NCBI GenBank assembly: GCA_965140705.1
Contig: OZ223301.1
Span: 32,001 to 96,000 of the forward strand
DNA length: 64,000 bases
Reading direction: 5' to 3'
Origin: an uncultured Arcobacter sp.
GTDB lineage: Bacteria; Campylobacterota; Campylobacteria; Campylobacterales; Arcobacteraceae
The position numbers and the translations under genes were made by a program. Of the stretch, positions 30,504 through 40,544 are shown piece after piece. The notes under the pieces were generated by a model. It made no database searches. It was given only the letters and a program-made list of their open reading frames with translations, and was not told where the DNA came from. The first letter of the stretch is position 1. The number at the start of each line of letters is the position of its first letter.

Positions 30504-31688
30504 TTGAACTACAAAGAACTTTTAACTAATTACCCCCTTGTAAGAAAGCTCTCTCTTCTTCAAGTAATAGCTTATTTTGGAGCTTGGTTTTCAAATGTTG
30601 CTATTTACACTATGCTTGTAAACTTTGGCTCTAGTGCCTTTATAATTTCCCTAGTTACAGCAATGTTTTTTATTCCAGCAATTATAATAGCTCCCTTGTC
30701 TGGTGCAATTATAGATAGATTTAGAATCAAACCTTTAATGCTTACATTATTAAGTACAGAATTGTGTATGACTCTATTACTTCTTACTATTAATGGAAAA
30801 GAAGATATTTTGTTTTTAATGATACTTATTTTTATAAGAATGAGTAGTGCATCTATGTTTTTTTCAGCAGAAATGACATTATTACCTAAAATAGTCTCAG
30901 GTGATGTTTTAAAAAAGACAAATGAAATTCATTCTATTATTTGGTCATTTTCTTATGCTTTTGGTATGGCAATGAGTGGGCTTGTTGTAAACTATTTTGG
31001 AGTTAAAGCAGCTATTATTTTAGATGCTTTATTTTTTACTTTAGCCATATTAGTTTTTTTTAATATAGAATTTAAAGTAGAAATTATACATACAAAAGAG
31101 AAAGTTTTTTCTATGATAAAAGGTGGATTTTTATATATAAAAAATAATAAGCATGTTCTTCATCTTTTACTTTTACACGCATCAGTTGGATTAACTTCTT
31201 TTGATACACTTGTAACTTTATTAGCTAAAAATGAGTATAAATACGTAATCGCAGTACCCTTATCAATAGGTATAACAAATGCAATTAGAGCAATGGCTCT
31301 TATGGTAGGTCCTTTTATAATTACAAATTGGGTAAATAAAGATAGATTAACTCTTTTATTTATTTTTCAAGGAGTTGGTATAATTTTATGGGGAATTTTC
31401 CAATTTAACTTTTATTTGGCATTAATTATGGTGTTTTTAACTGGTTTTACAACAACAACTATTTGGTCAATAACATATGCTTTTATACAAGAAAGAGTTG
31501 AACACAAATATTTAGGACGAGTAATTTCATATAATGACATGATATTTATGTTATCAAATGTTCTTACTACATTTTTTATCGGTGTTCTAGCGGATATTAT
31601 CCCTCTTAGTTTTATTACTATTATCTTAGGTTTTGCTTTTCTTCTTGTTTCTTATTATTATAAAGTAGTTGTAAAAATTCTTTTATAA
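30504..31688 (+). CDS. MFS transporter
   Basis: About 12 TM helices; SGAIIDRF motif A; IQERVEHKYLGRV. Confidence 0.9.
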   Translation: MNYKELLTNYPLVRKLSLLQVIAYFGAWFSNVAIYTMLVNFGSSAFIISLVTAMFFIPAIIIAPLSGAIIDRFRIKPLMLTLLSTELCMTLLLLTINGKEDILFLMILIFIRMSSASMFFSAEMTLLPKIVSGDVLKKTNEIHSIIWSFSYAFGMAMSGLVVNYFGVKAAIILDALFFTLAILVFFNIEFKVEIIHTKEKVFSMIKGGFLYIKNNKHVLHLLLLHASVGLTSFDTLVTLLAKNEYKYVIAVPLSIGITNAIRAMALMVGPFIITNWVNKDRLTLLFIFQGVGIILWGIFQFNFYLALIMVFLTGFTTTTIWSITYAFIQERVEHKYLGRVISYNDMIFMLSNVLTTFFIGVLADIIPLSFITIILGFAFLLVSYYYKVVVKILL

Positions 31689-32021
31689 TAGTTCTATATC
31701 TTTTATATCATCAGTAGATAATTTTTCCATTTTCTCTTCAACTATATTTAAAAACAAAGCTTTATTATTCTCATCCATATTATTTTCAACCATCTCAGTA
31801 ATATATTTTATACCATTTGCATTTATCTTTTTTACACTTGCTAAGTAGTGAACAAAAGAGACTATTTTTGTATCATTGATTGAATATAGTTTTTTTACTT
31901 CTTTTTTCTCTGGTAAAAGCCCTTTGTCTTCATACATTTTTAAGGTTCTTACTTTTGTACCTAAAAGTTCTGCAATACTACTTAAAGGTAATATTTCCTT
32001 GTCATTGTCTATTAAAGCCAC
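31683..32021 (-). CDS. MerR-family (HspR-like) HTH transcriptional regulator
   Basis: LSSIAELLGTKVRTLKMYEDKGLL...KLYSIND MerR HTH pattern. Confidence 0.85.
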   Translation of the reverse strand: MALIDNDKEILPLSSIAELLGTKVRTLKMYEDKGLLPEKKEVKKLYSINDTKIVSFVHYLASVKKINANGIKYITEMVENNMDENNKALFLNIVEEKMEKLSTDDIKDIELL

Positions 32022-32124
32022 AAATTTCCTTTTTGAGAATTATACAATTTTTACTATAAATAAGCTTTAAATAACACAAAAAATAAGATTACTTTAAGAA
32101 AATTATGCAATAATAAACACATGA

Positions 32125-32165
32125 TATGTAAAAAATTAACATATTTTATGTAAATTTAAGACATA
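32125..32165. promoter_or_regulatory. Two tandem inverted-repeat operator candidates (TATGT-N9-ACATA) upstream of ectA
   Basis: TATGTaaaaaattaACATA at 32125-32143 and TATGTaaatttaagACATA at 32147-32165, 22-bp period. Confidence 0.55.
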
Positions 32166-32201
32166 TTATTTGAAAAATAAATACAAGAAAAGGTAAAGTT
32201 T

Positions 32202-32702
32202 ATGTCATCATATAATATTATGATAAGAAAACCAGAAAAATCTGATGCAATCCAAATTTATGATTTGGTAAAAGAGAGTAAGGTTTTAGATTTAAATTCT
32301 GAGTACCTTTATTTACTTCAATCAACACATTTTTCATCAACTTGTGCAGTTGCATTACATGAAGATAAAGTTATAGGTTTTGTATCTGGATATTTAAAAC
32401 CAGATGAAAATAACAGTTTATTCATATGGCAAGTTGCTGTTGATGGAAAATATAGAGGAAATGATATAGCAGGTCGACTAATCATGAATATAATTAAGAG
32501 AGATTTTTTAGATGTTGAAAAAATCTATACAACAGTGTCACCTAGCAATATATCATCAATAAAGGTTTTTGAAAAAGTTGCCAAAGGGCTAAATGCAAAA
32601 ATGACTAGTAGTACATTTTTTGAAAAAAATGATTTTAAAAATAGTCATGAAGATGAGACTCTATATGAAATAGGGCCGTTTAAAATAAAGGAAAAAAAAT
32701 AA
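32202..32702 (+). CDS. ectA: Diaminobutyrate acetyltransferase
   Basis: LDLNSEYLYLL, LFIWQVAV, TTVSPSN, HEDETLYEIGPF. Confidence 0.95.
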   Translation: MSSYNIMIRKPEKSDAIQIYDLVKESKVLDLNSEYLYLLQSTHFSSTCAVALHEDKVIGFVSGYLKPDENNSLFIWQVAVDGKYRGNDIAGRLIMNIIKRDFLDVEKIYTTVSPSNISSIKVFEKVAKGLNAKMTSSTFFEKNDFKNSHEDETLYEIGPFKIKEKK

Positions 32703-33982
32703 TGAGAATATTCGAAAATTTAGAATCAGAAGTAAGAGGATATATAAGGAGCTTTCCAACAATATTTGAAACTTCAAAAGGAGCTGTTTTAACTAATGAA
32801 CAAGGTGAAGACTTTATTGATTTTTTTGCAGGAGCTGGAACTTTAAATTATGGACATAATAATGAGCATATTAGTAAAGCTTTAATTGAATATATCCAAA
32901 AAGATGGTGTTGTTCATGGGCTTGATATGGCAACAAGTGCAAAAAAAGATTTTTTACAAACATTTAATGACACAATCTTAGTACCTAGAAACTTAGATTA
33001 CAAAATTCAATTTACAGGACCAACAGGAACAAATGCAGTAGAAACTGCACTTAAGCTTGCAAGACTTGTAAAGGGACGAAGTAATGTTGTCTCATTTACA
33101 AATGGTTTCCATGGCCTTACTCAAGGTTCATCTTCAGTAACAGGAAATAATGATTATAGAGATGAGAGTTATATTAGTAGATCAAATGTAACCTTTATGC
33201 CATTTGATGGATATTTTGGAGATATGAATACTATGGCTATTTTTAGAAAGTTTTTAGAAGATAGTAGTAGTGGTCTTGATATTCCAGCTGCTGTAATTGT
33301 TGAAACTATTCAAGGTGAAGGTGGGATTAATGTAGCTAGTAAAGAGTGGTTGCAAGAACTTGAATCTATTTGTAGAGAGTATGATATTTTATTAATCATT
33401 GATGATATTCAAGTTGGAAATGGAAGAACTGGTGAATTTTTCTCATTTGAATTTGCAGGAATTAATCCTGATATTGTAACTGTATCAAAATCTATTGGTG
33501 GTGGATTACCAATGGCAATTGTATTATTAAAACCAGATTTAGACCAATGGAAACCAGGTGAACATACAGGTACATTTAGAGGAAACAATTTAGCCTTTGT
33601 AGCTGCTACAGTTGCGATTTCACACTATTGGCAAAATGATGATTTATCAAATGCAGTTAAATATAAAGAAAAAATATTAAAAGAGAGTTTAGAAAAAATA
33701 GCAGATAAGTATAAAGACACCTTTGATATTGTAATTAGAGGTAGAGGTTTAGCTTATGGATTTGAAATAAAAGGTGACAATTCAGTTGCTGGTGAAATTT
33801 CAAAATATGCATTTGAAGAAAAACTAATTATTGAAACTTGTGGTAGTGAAGATCAAGTTGTAAAATTCTTACCACCATTAATTGTTGATGAAGAGACATT
33901 AATTGAAGGTTTAAAAAGACTTGAAACAGCTATATCGAGATTAGTAACAGACAAAAAAGAAAAATTAACAGAGGAATTTTAA
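32702..33982 (+). CDS. ectB: Diaminobutyrate-2-oxoglutarate transaminase
   Basis: [49 protein letters not shown]. Confidence 0.97.
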   Translation: MRIFENLESEVRGYIRSFPTIFETSKGAVLTNEQGEDFIDFFAGAGTLNYGHNNEHISKALIEYIQKDGVVHGLDMATSAKKDFLQTFNDTILVPRNLDYKIQFTGPTGTNAVETALKLARLVKGRSNVVSFTNGFHGLTQGSSSVTGNNDYRDESYISRSNVTFMPFDGYFGDMNTMAIFRKFLEDSSSGLDIPAAVIVETIQGEGGINVASKEWLQELESICREYDILLIIDDIQVGNGRTGEFFSFEFAGINPDIVTVSKSIGGGLPMAIVLLKPDLDQWKPGEHTGTFRGNNLAFVAATVAISHYWQNDDLSNAVKYKEKILKESLEKIADKYKDTFDIVIRGRGLAYGFEIKGDNSVAGEISKYAFEEKLIIETCGSEDQVVKFLPPLIVDEETLIEGLKRLETAISRLVTDKKEKLTEEF

Positions 33983-33984
33983 AA

Positions 33985-34380
33985 ATGATTGTATTAGATA
34001 TAAATAAAGATGTTATAGGAACACAAAAAGAAGTTCATGCAGAAGAGGGACAATGGGTTAGTAGAAGAATGCTTCTAAAAGATGATAATATGGGATTTTC
34101 ATTCCATGAAACTATCATAAAAGCAAATACAAAAACTCATATTCACTATCAAAACCATCTTGAAGCTGTTTATTGTGTAGCTGGAAATGGGAAAATAGAA
34201 GATTTAAAAACTGGAAAAGTTCATGAAATTTATGATGGTGTAATGTATGCTTTAAATGAACATGATGACCATAATTTATATGGTGGAACAGAAGATATGA
34301 GACTTATTTGTGTATTTAATCCTCCTATTAAAGGAACAGAAAACCATGATGAAAATGGAGTTTACCCATTAGAAGACTAA
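33985..34380 (+). CDS. ectC: Ectoine synthase
   Basis: [50 protein letters not shown]. Confidence 0.97.
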   Translation: MIVLDINKDVIGTQKEVHAEEGQWVSRRMLLKDDNMGFSFHETIIKANTKTHIHYQNHLEAVYCVAGNGKIEDLKTGKVHEIYDGVMYALNEHDDHNLYGGTEDMRLICVFNPPIKGTENHDENGVYPLED

Positions 34381-34396
34381 TAAGAGGAGAAAATAA

Positions 34397-35284
34397 ATGC
34401 AGGATTTATATCCATCAAGACTAAATGAAGAAAAAATTATACCAAGAGTTGATAAAACCGTTTATAGTAAAAAACAACAAGGTGAATACTCTTTAAATAA
34501 TATTGAGTTAGATGAGTATGATAAGAATGGATTTATTGCATTTCCAAATATTTTTAAAGAAGATGAAATTGAACAAATGATGCAAGAAATTGATTTGATG
34601 GCTGAAAATAGTGATTTGATTAAAAATGAAGAGTTTATTTGTGAGCCAACAAGTAATAAACTAAGAACAATATTTAATCAACATCTTTTTAGTACTCTTT
34701 TTGAGAAACTTTCAAAAGACCCTCGAATCTTAAATAAAGTTAAGCAAATTTTAGGAAGTGATGTTTATATTCATCATAGTAGGATTAATATAAAACCAGC
34801 TTATCAAGGTAAATCTTTTCCTTGGCATAGTGATTTTGAAACTTGGCACACAGAAGATGGTTTGCCAAATTGCAGATGTTTGAGTGCTTGGGTTATGTTA
34901 AATGATAATACGGAATTTAATGGGCCTTTATATTTAATTCCTAAGAGTCACAAAAAATATGTTTCTTGCAAAGGGAAAACACCAGAAGATAATTATAAAA
35001 AATCTTTAAAAAAACAAGAGTATGGTGTACCTAGCTTAAATGCAATTAAACAATTAGTCAAAGATAGTAATATTGTAGGTGCATATGGAAAAGCTGGAAC
35101 ACTTGTGATTCATGATGGAAATATCATGCATGGAAGTTGTGATAATATATCTCCATACAGTAGAACTAATGCATTTTTTGTTTTTAATTCAGTAGAAAAT
35201 ATTCCAACAAAACCTTTTGGGGCTAAAAGCAATAGGGCTTCATTTTTAGCATTAAAAGATTATGAACCAATAAAAAGTAACTAA
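34397..35284 (+). CDS. ectD: Ectoine hydroxylase
   Basis: EctD signature FPWHSDFETWHTEDGLP; DLYPSR N-terminus; MHGS. Confidence 0.96.
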   Translation: MQDLYPSRLNEEKIIPRVDKTVYSKKQQGEYSLNNIELDEYDKNGFIAFPNIFKEDEIEQMMQEIDLMAENSDLIKNEEFICEPTSNKLRTIFNQHLFSTLFEKLSKDPRILNKVKQILGSDVYIHHSRINIKPAYQGKSFPWHSDFETWHTEDGLPNCRCLSAWVMLNDNTEFNGPLYLIPKSHKKYVSCKGKTPEDNYKKSLKKQEYGVPSLNAIKQLVKDSNIVGAYGKAGTLVIHDGNIMHGSCDNISPYSRTNAFFVFNSVENIPTKPFGAKSNRASFLALKDYEPIKSN

Positions 35285-35295
35285 TAAGGTAATAA

Positions 35296-36675
35296 ATGAG
35301 TATGAAAGTATGTAAATTTGGAGGTAGTTCAGTAAAAGATGCCTCCCAAATAAAAAAAGTCTTAGATATCGTAAAAGAAGATGATGGTAGAAAAATAATT
35401 GTAGTTTCTGCACCAGGTAGAGATGATAATTTTGATGAAAAAATAACTGACCACCTATTAAATGTATCAACTTCAGGTAAATATTTTGAAGAACATTTTA
35501 TAAATATAAGTAAGAAACAAAGTTATGATGCAATCATAGATAAATATAGAAGATTATGTAGTGATTTAAATGTAAAAGGTGAGGATTTAATAAAATCCTT
35601 GGAAAAAGATTTAACAAATACAACACTAAAAGATGAAAAAAAAGAAGCTTTTTTCTTATCAAGAGGTGAACATTATAATGCAAAAATAATACAAAGATAT
35701 TTTTCAAATGAGGGCTTAAATATAAAACTTATGTTGCCAGAAGAGTTTGGATTTATATTAAGTGATGATTTTAGAGATGGAAAAGTACAAAAAGTAACTT
35801 ATAAAAATATTGAAGAAAAATTTGACACTACAAAAGATACTAAATACTTAGTTCCTGGATTTTATGGTGTAACAGAAAATAATGAAATAGCAGTTATGAG
35901 TAGGGGTGGAAGTGATTTAACGGGTGGAGAACTAGCCTATGCCCTTGATGCTAATAAGTATGAAAACTGGACAGATACGAATGGTGTTTATGAAGTAGAT
36001 CCAAGGGTTATCAGTGGTTCAAAGGTAATACCAAGACTTACCTTTAAAGAGTTAAGACTACTTAGTTCAAAGGGTTTTAATGTATTTCACTTTAATGCAA
36101 TGTTAAATTGTAAAAAAAGCAAAATTCCAATTAATATTAGAAATACAAATAATAAAGAACATTGTGGAACTATGATTTTAAGTGAAAGAGTTCCTATGGA
36201 AGATTTAGTAGGAATTGCAAAGCTTGACAATATGGCATCAATTTATCTTCAAAAAGATATGTTAGCCGATGAGATAGGATTTACTGCGGAGTTATTAAAG
36301 ATATTTAGTGAGTTTGGAGTTAATACTTATCATTATCCAACAGATAGAGATGATATCTCCATATTAGTGGAACAAGAAGATTTAAAAGGTAAGATAAATA
36401 ACTTAAGAAGAGAGATAGAAAAAAGACTAAAAACTGATAATATTATTGTCTCTTATAATTTATGTGTAATTACATTAGTTGGAATCGGACTAAAAGAAAA
36501 TACTTTTGCAATCGTAGATGCCATCAATGCTCTAAAAGAGAATAATATAAGTTTTGATATGCTTGATATGAGTCCCTCTAAGATTTCACTTCATATTGGA
36601 GTTTCTCAAAATATTGCAAATAATGCACTTGAAACACTTTATGAAAGTTTATTACAAAAAGAAGAGTGTTTATAA
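35296..36675 (+). CDS. ask: Ectoine-cluster aspartate kinase
   Basis: KFGGSSV, VVSAPG, SRGGSDLTG, WTDTNGV..VDPR; C-terminal ACT domains. Confidence 0.93.
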   Translation: MSMKVCKFGGSSVKDASQIKKVLDIVKEDDGRKIIVVSAPGRDDNFDEKITDHLLNVSTSGKYFEEHFINISKKQSYDAIIDKYRRLCSDLNVKGEDLIKSLEKDLTNTTLKDEKKEAFFLSRGEHYNAKIIQRYFSNEGLNIKLMLPEEFGFILSDDFRDGKVQKVTYKNIEEKFDTTKDTKYLVPGFYGVTENNEIAVMSRGGSDLTGGELAYALDANKYENWTDTNGVYEVDPRVISGSKVIPRLTFKELRLLSSKGFNVFHFNAMLNCKKSKIPINIRNTNNKEHCGTMILSERVPMEDLVGIAKLDNMASIYLQKDMLADEIGFTAELLKIFSEFGVNTYHYPTDRDDISILVEQEDLKGKINNLRREIEKRLKTDNIIVSYNLCVITLVGIGLKENTFAIVDAINALKENNISFDMLDMSPSKISLHIGVSQNIANNALETLYESLLQKEECL

Positions 36676-36687
36676 ACTTCTTCTTTT

Positions 36688-37323
36688 TTAAATTAAGTCT
36701 TGTAAAAATTTAATTTCTTTGAAATGATTTGTATAAAAAGGAAGTGATACTTCCTCAAAACTATCTATATCTTTATAAAGATTTATATACCAATCAAAGT
36801 CAATATCTTTATTTTTCAAGGCTTCTTGTGATAGTAAAGTATCATTTATACCTCCTAATTTACTAGGACAAATTAAGGCTACTTTAGTATCAAGTTTTTT
36901 TATTAAATCTAACATAAAAAAATCTTCTAAAATAGGTACCATTAACCCTCCAGCTCCCTCTATAATCAAAATATCACAAAGTTTTTCAAGCTCTTTTTTT
37001 CTTTTTATTATAAATTCAATATCAATATTTTTTTCTTTTTTAGCAACATAAGGTGCGGCTGGTAGTTCAAATTGGTAAGGTACTACAAAATCTATATCAA
37101 CATTAAAATCTGGATTTAAACTTTTTGTTAATTTTAGCATAGAAAGCCCATCAATAGGTTTATCAATAACTCCTGTCTCAATAGGCTTATAATATCCAAC
37201 CTTTAATCCATCTTTTGTAAATCTTTTTAAAAATACAGATGCAGCATAAGTTTTACCAACATCTGTATTAGTTGCACTTATAAATAAGCTTTGATTTGAA
37301 ACGTAATTTTTCTTTTTTATCAT
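36688..37323 (-). CDS. bioD: Dethiobiotin synthase
   Basis: ATNTDVGKT, YKPIETG, IEGAGGLMVP, LGGINDTLL. Confidence 0.95.
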   Translation of the reverse strand: MIKKKNYVSNQSLFISATNTDVGKTYAASVFLKRFTKDGLKVGYYKPIETGVIDKPIDGLSMLKLTKSLNPDFNVDIDFVVPYQFELPAAPYVAKKEKNIDIEFIIKRKKELEKLCDILIIEGAGGLMVPILEDFFMLDLIKKLDTKVALICPSKLGGINDTLLSQEALKNKDIDFDWYINLYKDIDSFEEVSLPFYTNHFKEIKFLQDLI

Positions 37324-37378
37324 TGTAAATTCTTTTTTGGTATAATATTATTTGATTTTATCCTAAAAGGTTTTAATT

Positions 37379-37678
37379 TTGGCAAATGAGTTTGAAATAG
37401 AGTTAAATGACGATTTAGAAGTGCAAGAACCAAAAAAGTATAAAGTGTTATTATTAAATGACAACTATTCTACTATGGATTTTGTAATTGATATACTTGT
37501 AAAGATTTTTAAAAAAACAACAGATGAAGCTACTGTTATAATGTTAAATATTCATAATAACGGAAAAGAAGTCTGTGGAACATATACCCATGAAATAGCT
37601 TCTACAAAAGTCATGCAAGTAAAAAATTTAGCTAGACAAAAGGGATTTCCTTTAAAAGCGATAATGGAAGAAGAGTAA
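37379..37678 (+). CDS. clpS: ClpA adaptor ClpS
   Basis: YKVLLLNDNYSTMDFV, IMLNIHNNG, FPLKAIMEE; TGGTATAAT promoter at 37338-37346. Confidence 0.96.
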   Translation: MANEFEIELNDDLEVQEPKKYKVLLLNDNYSTMDFVIDILVKIFKKTTDEATVIMLNIHNNGKEVCGTYTHEIASTKVMQVKNLARQKGFPLKAIMEEE

Positions 37679-37681
37679 ATT

Positions 37682-39913
37682 ATGATAAGTAAAGAATTAA
37701 GAGAGATATTTGCACAAGCAGTATCTTATGCTAAAAGTAGTAAACACGAGTATTTGACATTAGAACATATTTTTTTAATGTTACTAAATGATGAATTTAT
37801 ATCAAGTATGTTGAATGACTTAGGGCTAGATACTAATAAAATATTTAATGATACAAAATCACACATTGAAGTAAGTACCCCAAGACTTCCTGATAATGTA
37901 AATGATGAGCCAATAGAAACAACAACATTAACCTCAGTTATTGAACATATGGTTGCTCACACACAAACTTCAGGAAAAGGGTTTGCAAGTGTTGATGATA
38001 TGTTTATAGCAATTTTAAAAAATGAAAAATCTTATGCAACTTTTGCCTTAAAAAGTCAAGGAATTGAAAGAATTGATATCCTAGAAGAGATAGCTCACAG
38101 GGATGTTGAAGTAGATGTTCAAGATGAGAATTTTGATGAGGAAAAAAGATTAAACAAAAAAAATGAAATTTTAGAAAATAATGCAACTGAATTAGTAGCA
38201 ATTGCAAAAAAAGGTGAAATAGATCCAGTTATTGGAAGAGATAGAGAAATTCACAGAGTTATACAAGTTTTAAGTAGAAGAAAGAAAAATAATCCAATTT
38301 TAGTAGGAGAACCAGGTGTTGGGAAAACTGCTATTGCTGAAGGATTAGCTTTAGAAATTGCAAATCAAAAAGTACCTTCTATTTTAAAAGATTCAAAAGT
38401 ATTTTCTCTTGATATGGGATCTATGTTAGCAGGTACTAAATATAGAGGGGATTTTGAGAAAAAGTTAAAAACTCTTTTAAAAGAGATAAGTAAAATCCCT
38501 AATGCAATTTTATTTATAGATGAAATACATACTTTAGTAGGTGCTGGAAGTGTTGGCGGTGGAGCGATGGATGCTTCAAATATTTTAAAACCAATGCTTT
38601 CAAATGGAAAACTAAGATGTATTGGAGCAACTACTTTTGCAGAGTTTAGAAACGACTTTTCAAAAGATAAAGCACTTAGTAGAAGATTTGCAAAAGTTGA
38701 TGTAAGTGAACCAAGTAGTGAAGATTGTGTTGCTATTTTAGATGGGCTTAAATCAAAATATGAAGAGTTTCATAATGTAAAATTTAATAAAAAATCTTTA
38801 GAAGTAGCAGTAGAATTAAGTAAAAAATATATCAATGATAGATTTTTACCTGATAGTGCAATTGATGTTATTGATGAGGTTGCAGCTACTAAGAAATTGC
38901 AGTTAAATGCAGATGGTAAAAAGAAAAAACCTATAAATATTACTGCAACTGATATCGAAAACACTGTTTCACTTATGGCAAATATTCCACCAAAATCAGC
39001 AACAAAATCTGATTTGACTCTTTTAAGAAGTTTAGAAAAAAATATGCAAAAAAGAGTTTTTGGTCAAAATGATGCAATTGTTTCTATTGTAAAATCTATA
39101 AAAATCAATAGAGCAGGGCTTGGTGGAGAGTCAAAACCAGTTGGAAGTTTTCTTTTTACAGGACCTACAGGTGTTGGTAAAACTGAAGTTGCAAAAGAGT
39201 TATCAAGTCAATTAGGTGTTCATTTTGAAAGATTTGATATGAGTGAATATATGGAAGCTCATACTGTCTCAAGATTGATTGGGGCACCTGCTGGATATGT
39301 TGGATTTGAGCAAGGTGGTCTTTTAACAGAAGCCATTAGAAAACATCCTCACTGTGTATTATTACTTGATGAAATAGAAAAAGCTCATCCTGATTTGATG
39401 TCAATTTTACTTCAAGTTATGGATAATGCAGAATTAACTGATAATAGTGGGAATAAAGCAGACTTCCAAAATGTAATTTTAATAATGACTTCAAACTTAG
39501 GTTCTTCAGAAGCCAATGTAATGGGATTTGCTAAGGATGATTCTTTAAATGAAAATAAAGCAATTAAAAAATTCTTTGCACCCGAATTTAGAAATAGACT
39601 TGATAATATTGTAACTTTTCAGCCACTTACTTTAGATATTGTTGCAAAAGTTGTAGGTAAATTTATTGATGATATGAAAGATCAAATCAAAGATAAGGAT
39701 ATTGATATAGTTTTAAGTGCAAAAGCTAAAAAAGAGTTAGCAAGACTTGGTTATGATAAAGATATGGGTGCTAGACCACTTAATAGAGTTATATCTCGTG
39801 AGATAAAAGATAAAATTACAGATGAAATTTTATTTGGTAAACTAAAAAATGGTGGTTCGGTTAAAGTTGATTTTGTAAAAGATGAGTTTAAATTTGATTA
39901 TAAAGAGTTATAA
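37682..39913 (+). CDS. clpA: ATP-dependent Clp protease ATPase ClpA
   Basis: Two AAA+ modules (GEPGVGKT, GPTGVGKT), GAPAGYVGFEQGG, MGF ClpP-binding loop; follows clpS. Confidence 0.96.
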   Translation: MISKELREIFAQAVSYAKSSKHEYLTLEHIFLMLLNDEFISSMLNDLGLDTNKIFNDTKSHIEVSTPRLPDNVNDEPIETTTLTSVIEHMVAHTQTSGKGFASVDDMFIAILKNEKSYATFALKSQGIERIDILEEIAHRDVEVDVQDENFDEEKRLNKKNEILENNATELVAIAKKGEIDPVIGRDREIHRVIQVLSRRKKNNPILVGEPGVGKTAIAEGLALEIANQKVPSILKDSKVFSLDMGSMLAGTKYRGDFEKKLKTLLKEISKIPNAILFIDEIHTLVGAGSVGGGAMDASNILKPMLSNGKLRCIGATTFAEFRNDFSKDKALSRRFAKVDVSEPSSEDCVAILDGLKSKYEEFHNVKFNKKSLEVAVELSKKYINDRFLPDSAIDVIDEVAATKKLQLNADGKKKKPINITATDIENTVSLMANIPPKSATKSDLTLLRSLEKNMQKRVFGQNDAIVSIVKSIKINRAGLGGESKPVGSFLFTGPTGVGKTEVAKELSSQLGVHFERFDMSEYMEAHTVSRLIGAPAGYVGFEQGGLLTEAIRKHPHCVLLLDEIEKAHPDLMSILLQVMDNAELTDNSGNKADFQNVILIMTSNLGSSEANVMGFAKDDSLNENKAIKKFFAPEFRNRLDNIVTFQPLTLDIVAKVVGKFIDDMKDQIKDKDIDIVLSAKAKKELARLGYDKDMGARPLNRVISREIKDKITDEILFGKLKNGGSVKVDFVKDEFKFDYKEL

Positions 39914-39926
39914 AATGGAGATAAAT

Positions 39927-40544
39927 ATGAAAAAAGTTTTATTAGGTTCTGTTGTTGCGTTATTTATATTTGCAGGTTGTAATGAAAGTAGTGAAGAGAC
40001 TCAAAAGGTACAAAAAGTTGAAAAAACAAGTGAACAAACAACAAATGTTAATGATACTAAAAAGAATATCGAAATTATAAAAGAAAAAAGCAATGATATA
40101 ATTAATTCTAGTAAAGAGATTGCAAAGGCTGTAAAAGAAGAGACTTTAAAAGCGGTTGATGATTCAAAAGATGCAACAAAAGATGCAATAGCAAAAGCTA
40201 AAGAAGTTAGTGTTAGTGTGGTAAAAAAAGCAAATGATACTGCAAAGGATATTACTAAAAGTATAGATAATGCTATTTCAAGTGAAGATAAAAGTGATGA
40301 AAAAGCTAAAGCCTTATTTGTAAAATGTGCTGGTTGTCATGGGAAAAATGGAGAAGTTCATGCCCTTGGAAAATCACAAAAAATAGGTGAGTGGGATGAA
40401 AGTAAAATAGAAAATGCACTTTTAGGTTATAAAAATGGAACTTATGGTGGTGATATGAAAGGCATAATGAAAGGTCAAGTTATGCAATTAAGTGAAGCTG
40501 ATATAAAAATTTTGGCTAAGTATATTTCAAAAATAGGAAAATAA
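39927..40544 (+). CDS. Lipoprotein-anchored monoheme cytochrome c (c553-like)
   Basis: Start reassigned to ATG 39927 (GGAG RBS); lipobox FAGC; long linker; CAGCH heme motif and MKGIM distal Met. Confidence 0.85.
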   Translation: MKKVLLGSVVALFIFAGCNESSEETQKVQKVEKTSEQTTNVNDTKKNIEIIKEKSNDIINSSKEIAKAVKEETLKAVDDSKDATKDAIAKAKEVSVSVVKKANDTAKDITKSIDNAISSEDKSDEKAKALFVKCAGCHGKNGEVHALGKSQKIGEWDESKIENALLGYKNGTYGGDMKGIMKGQVMQLSEADIKILAKYISKIGK

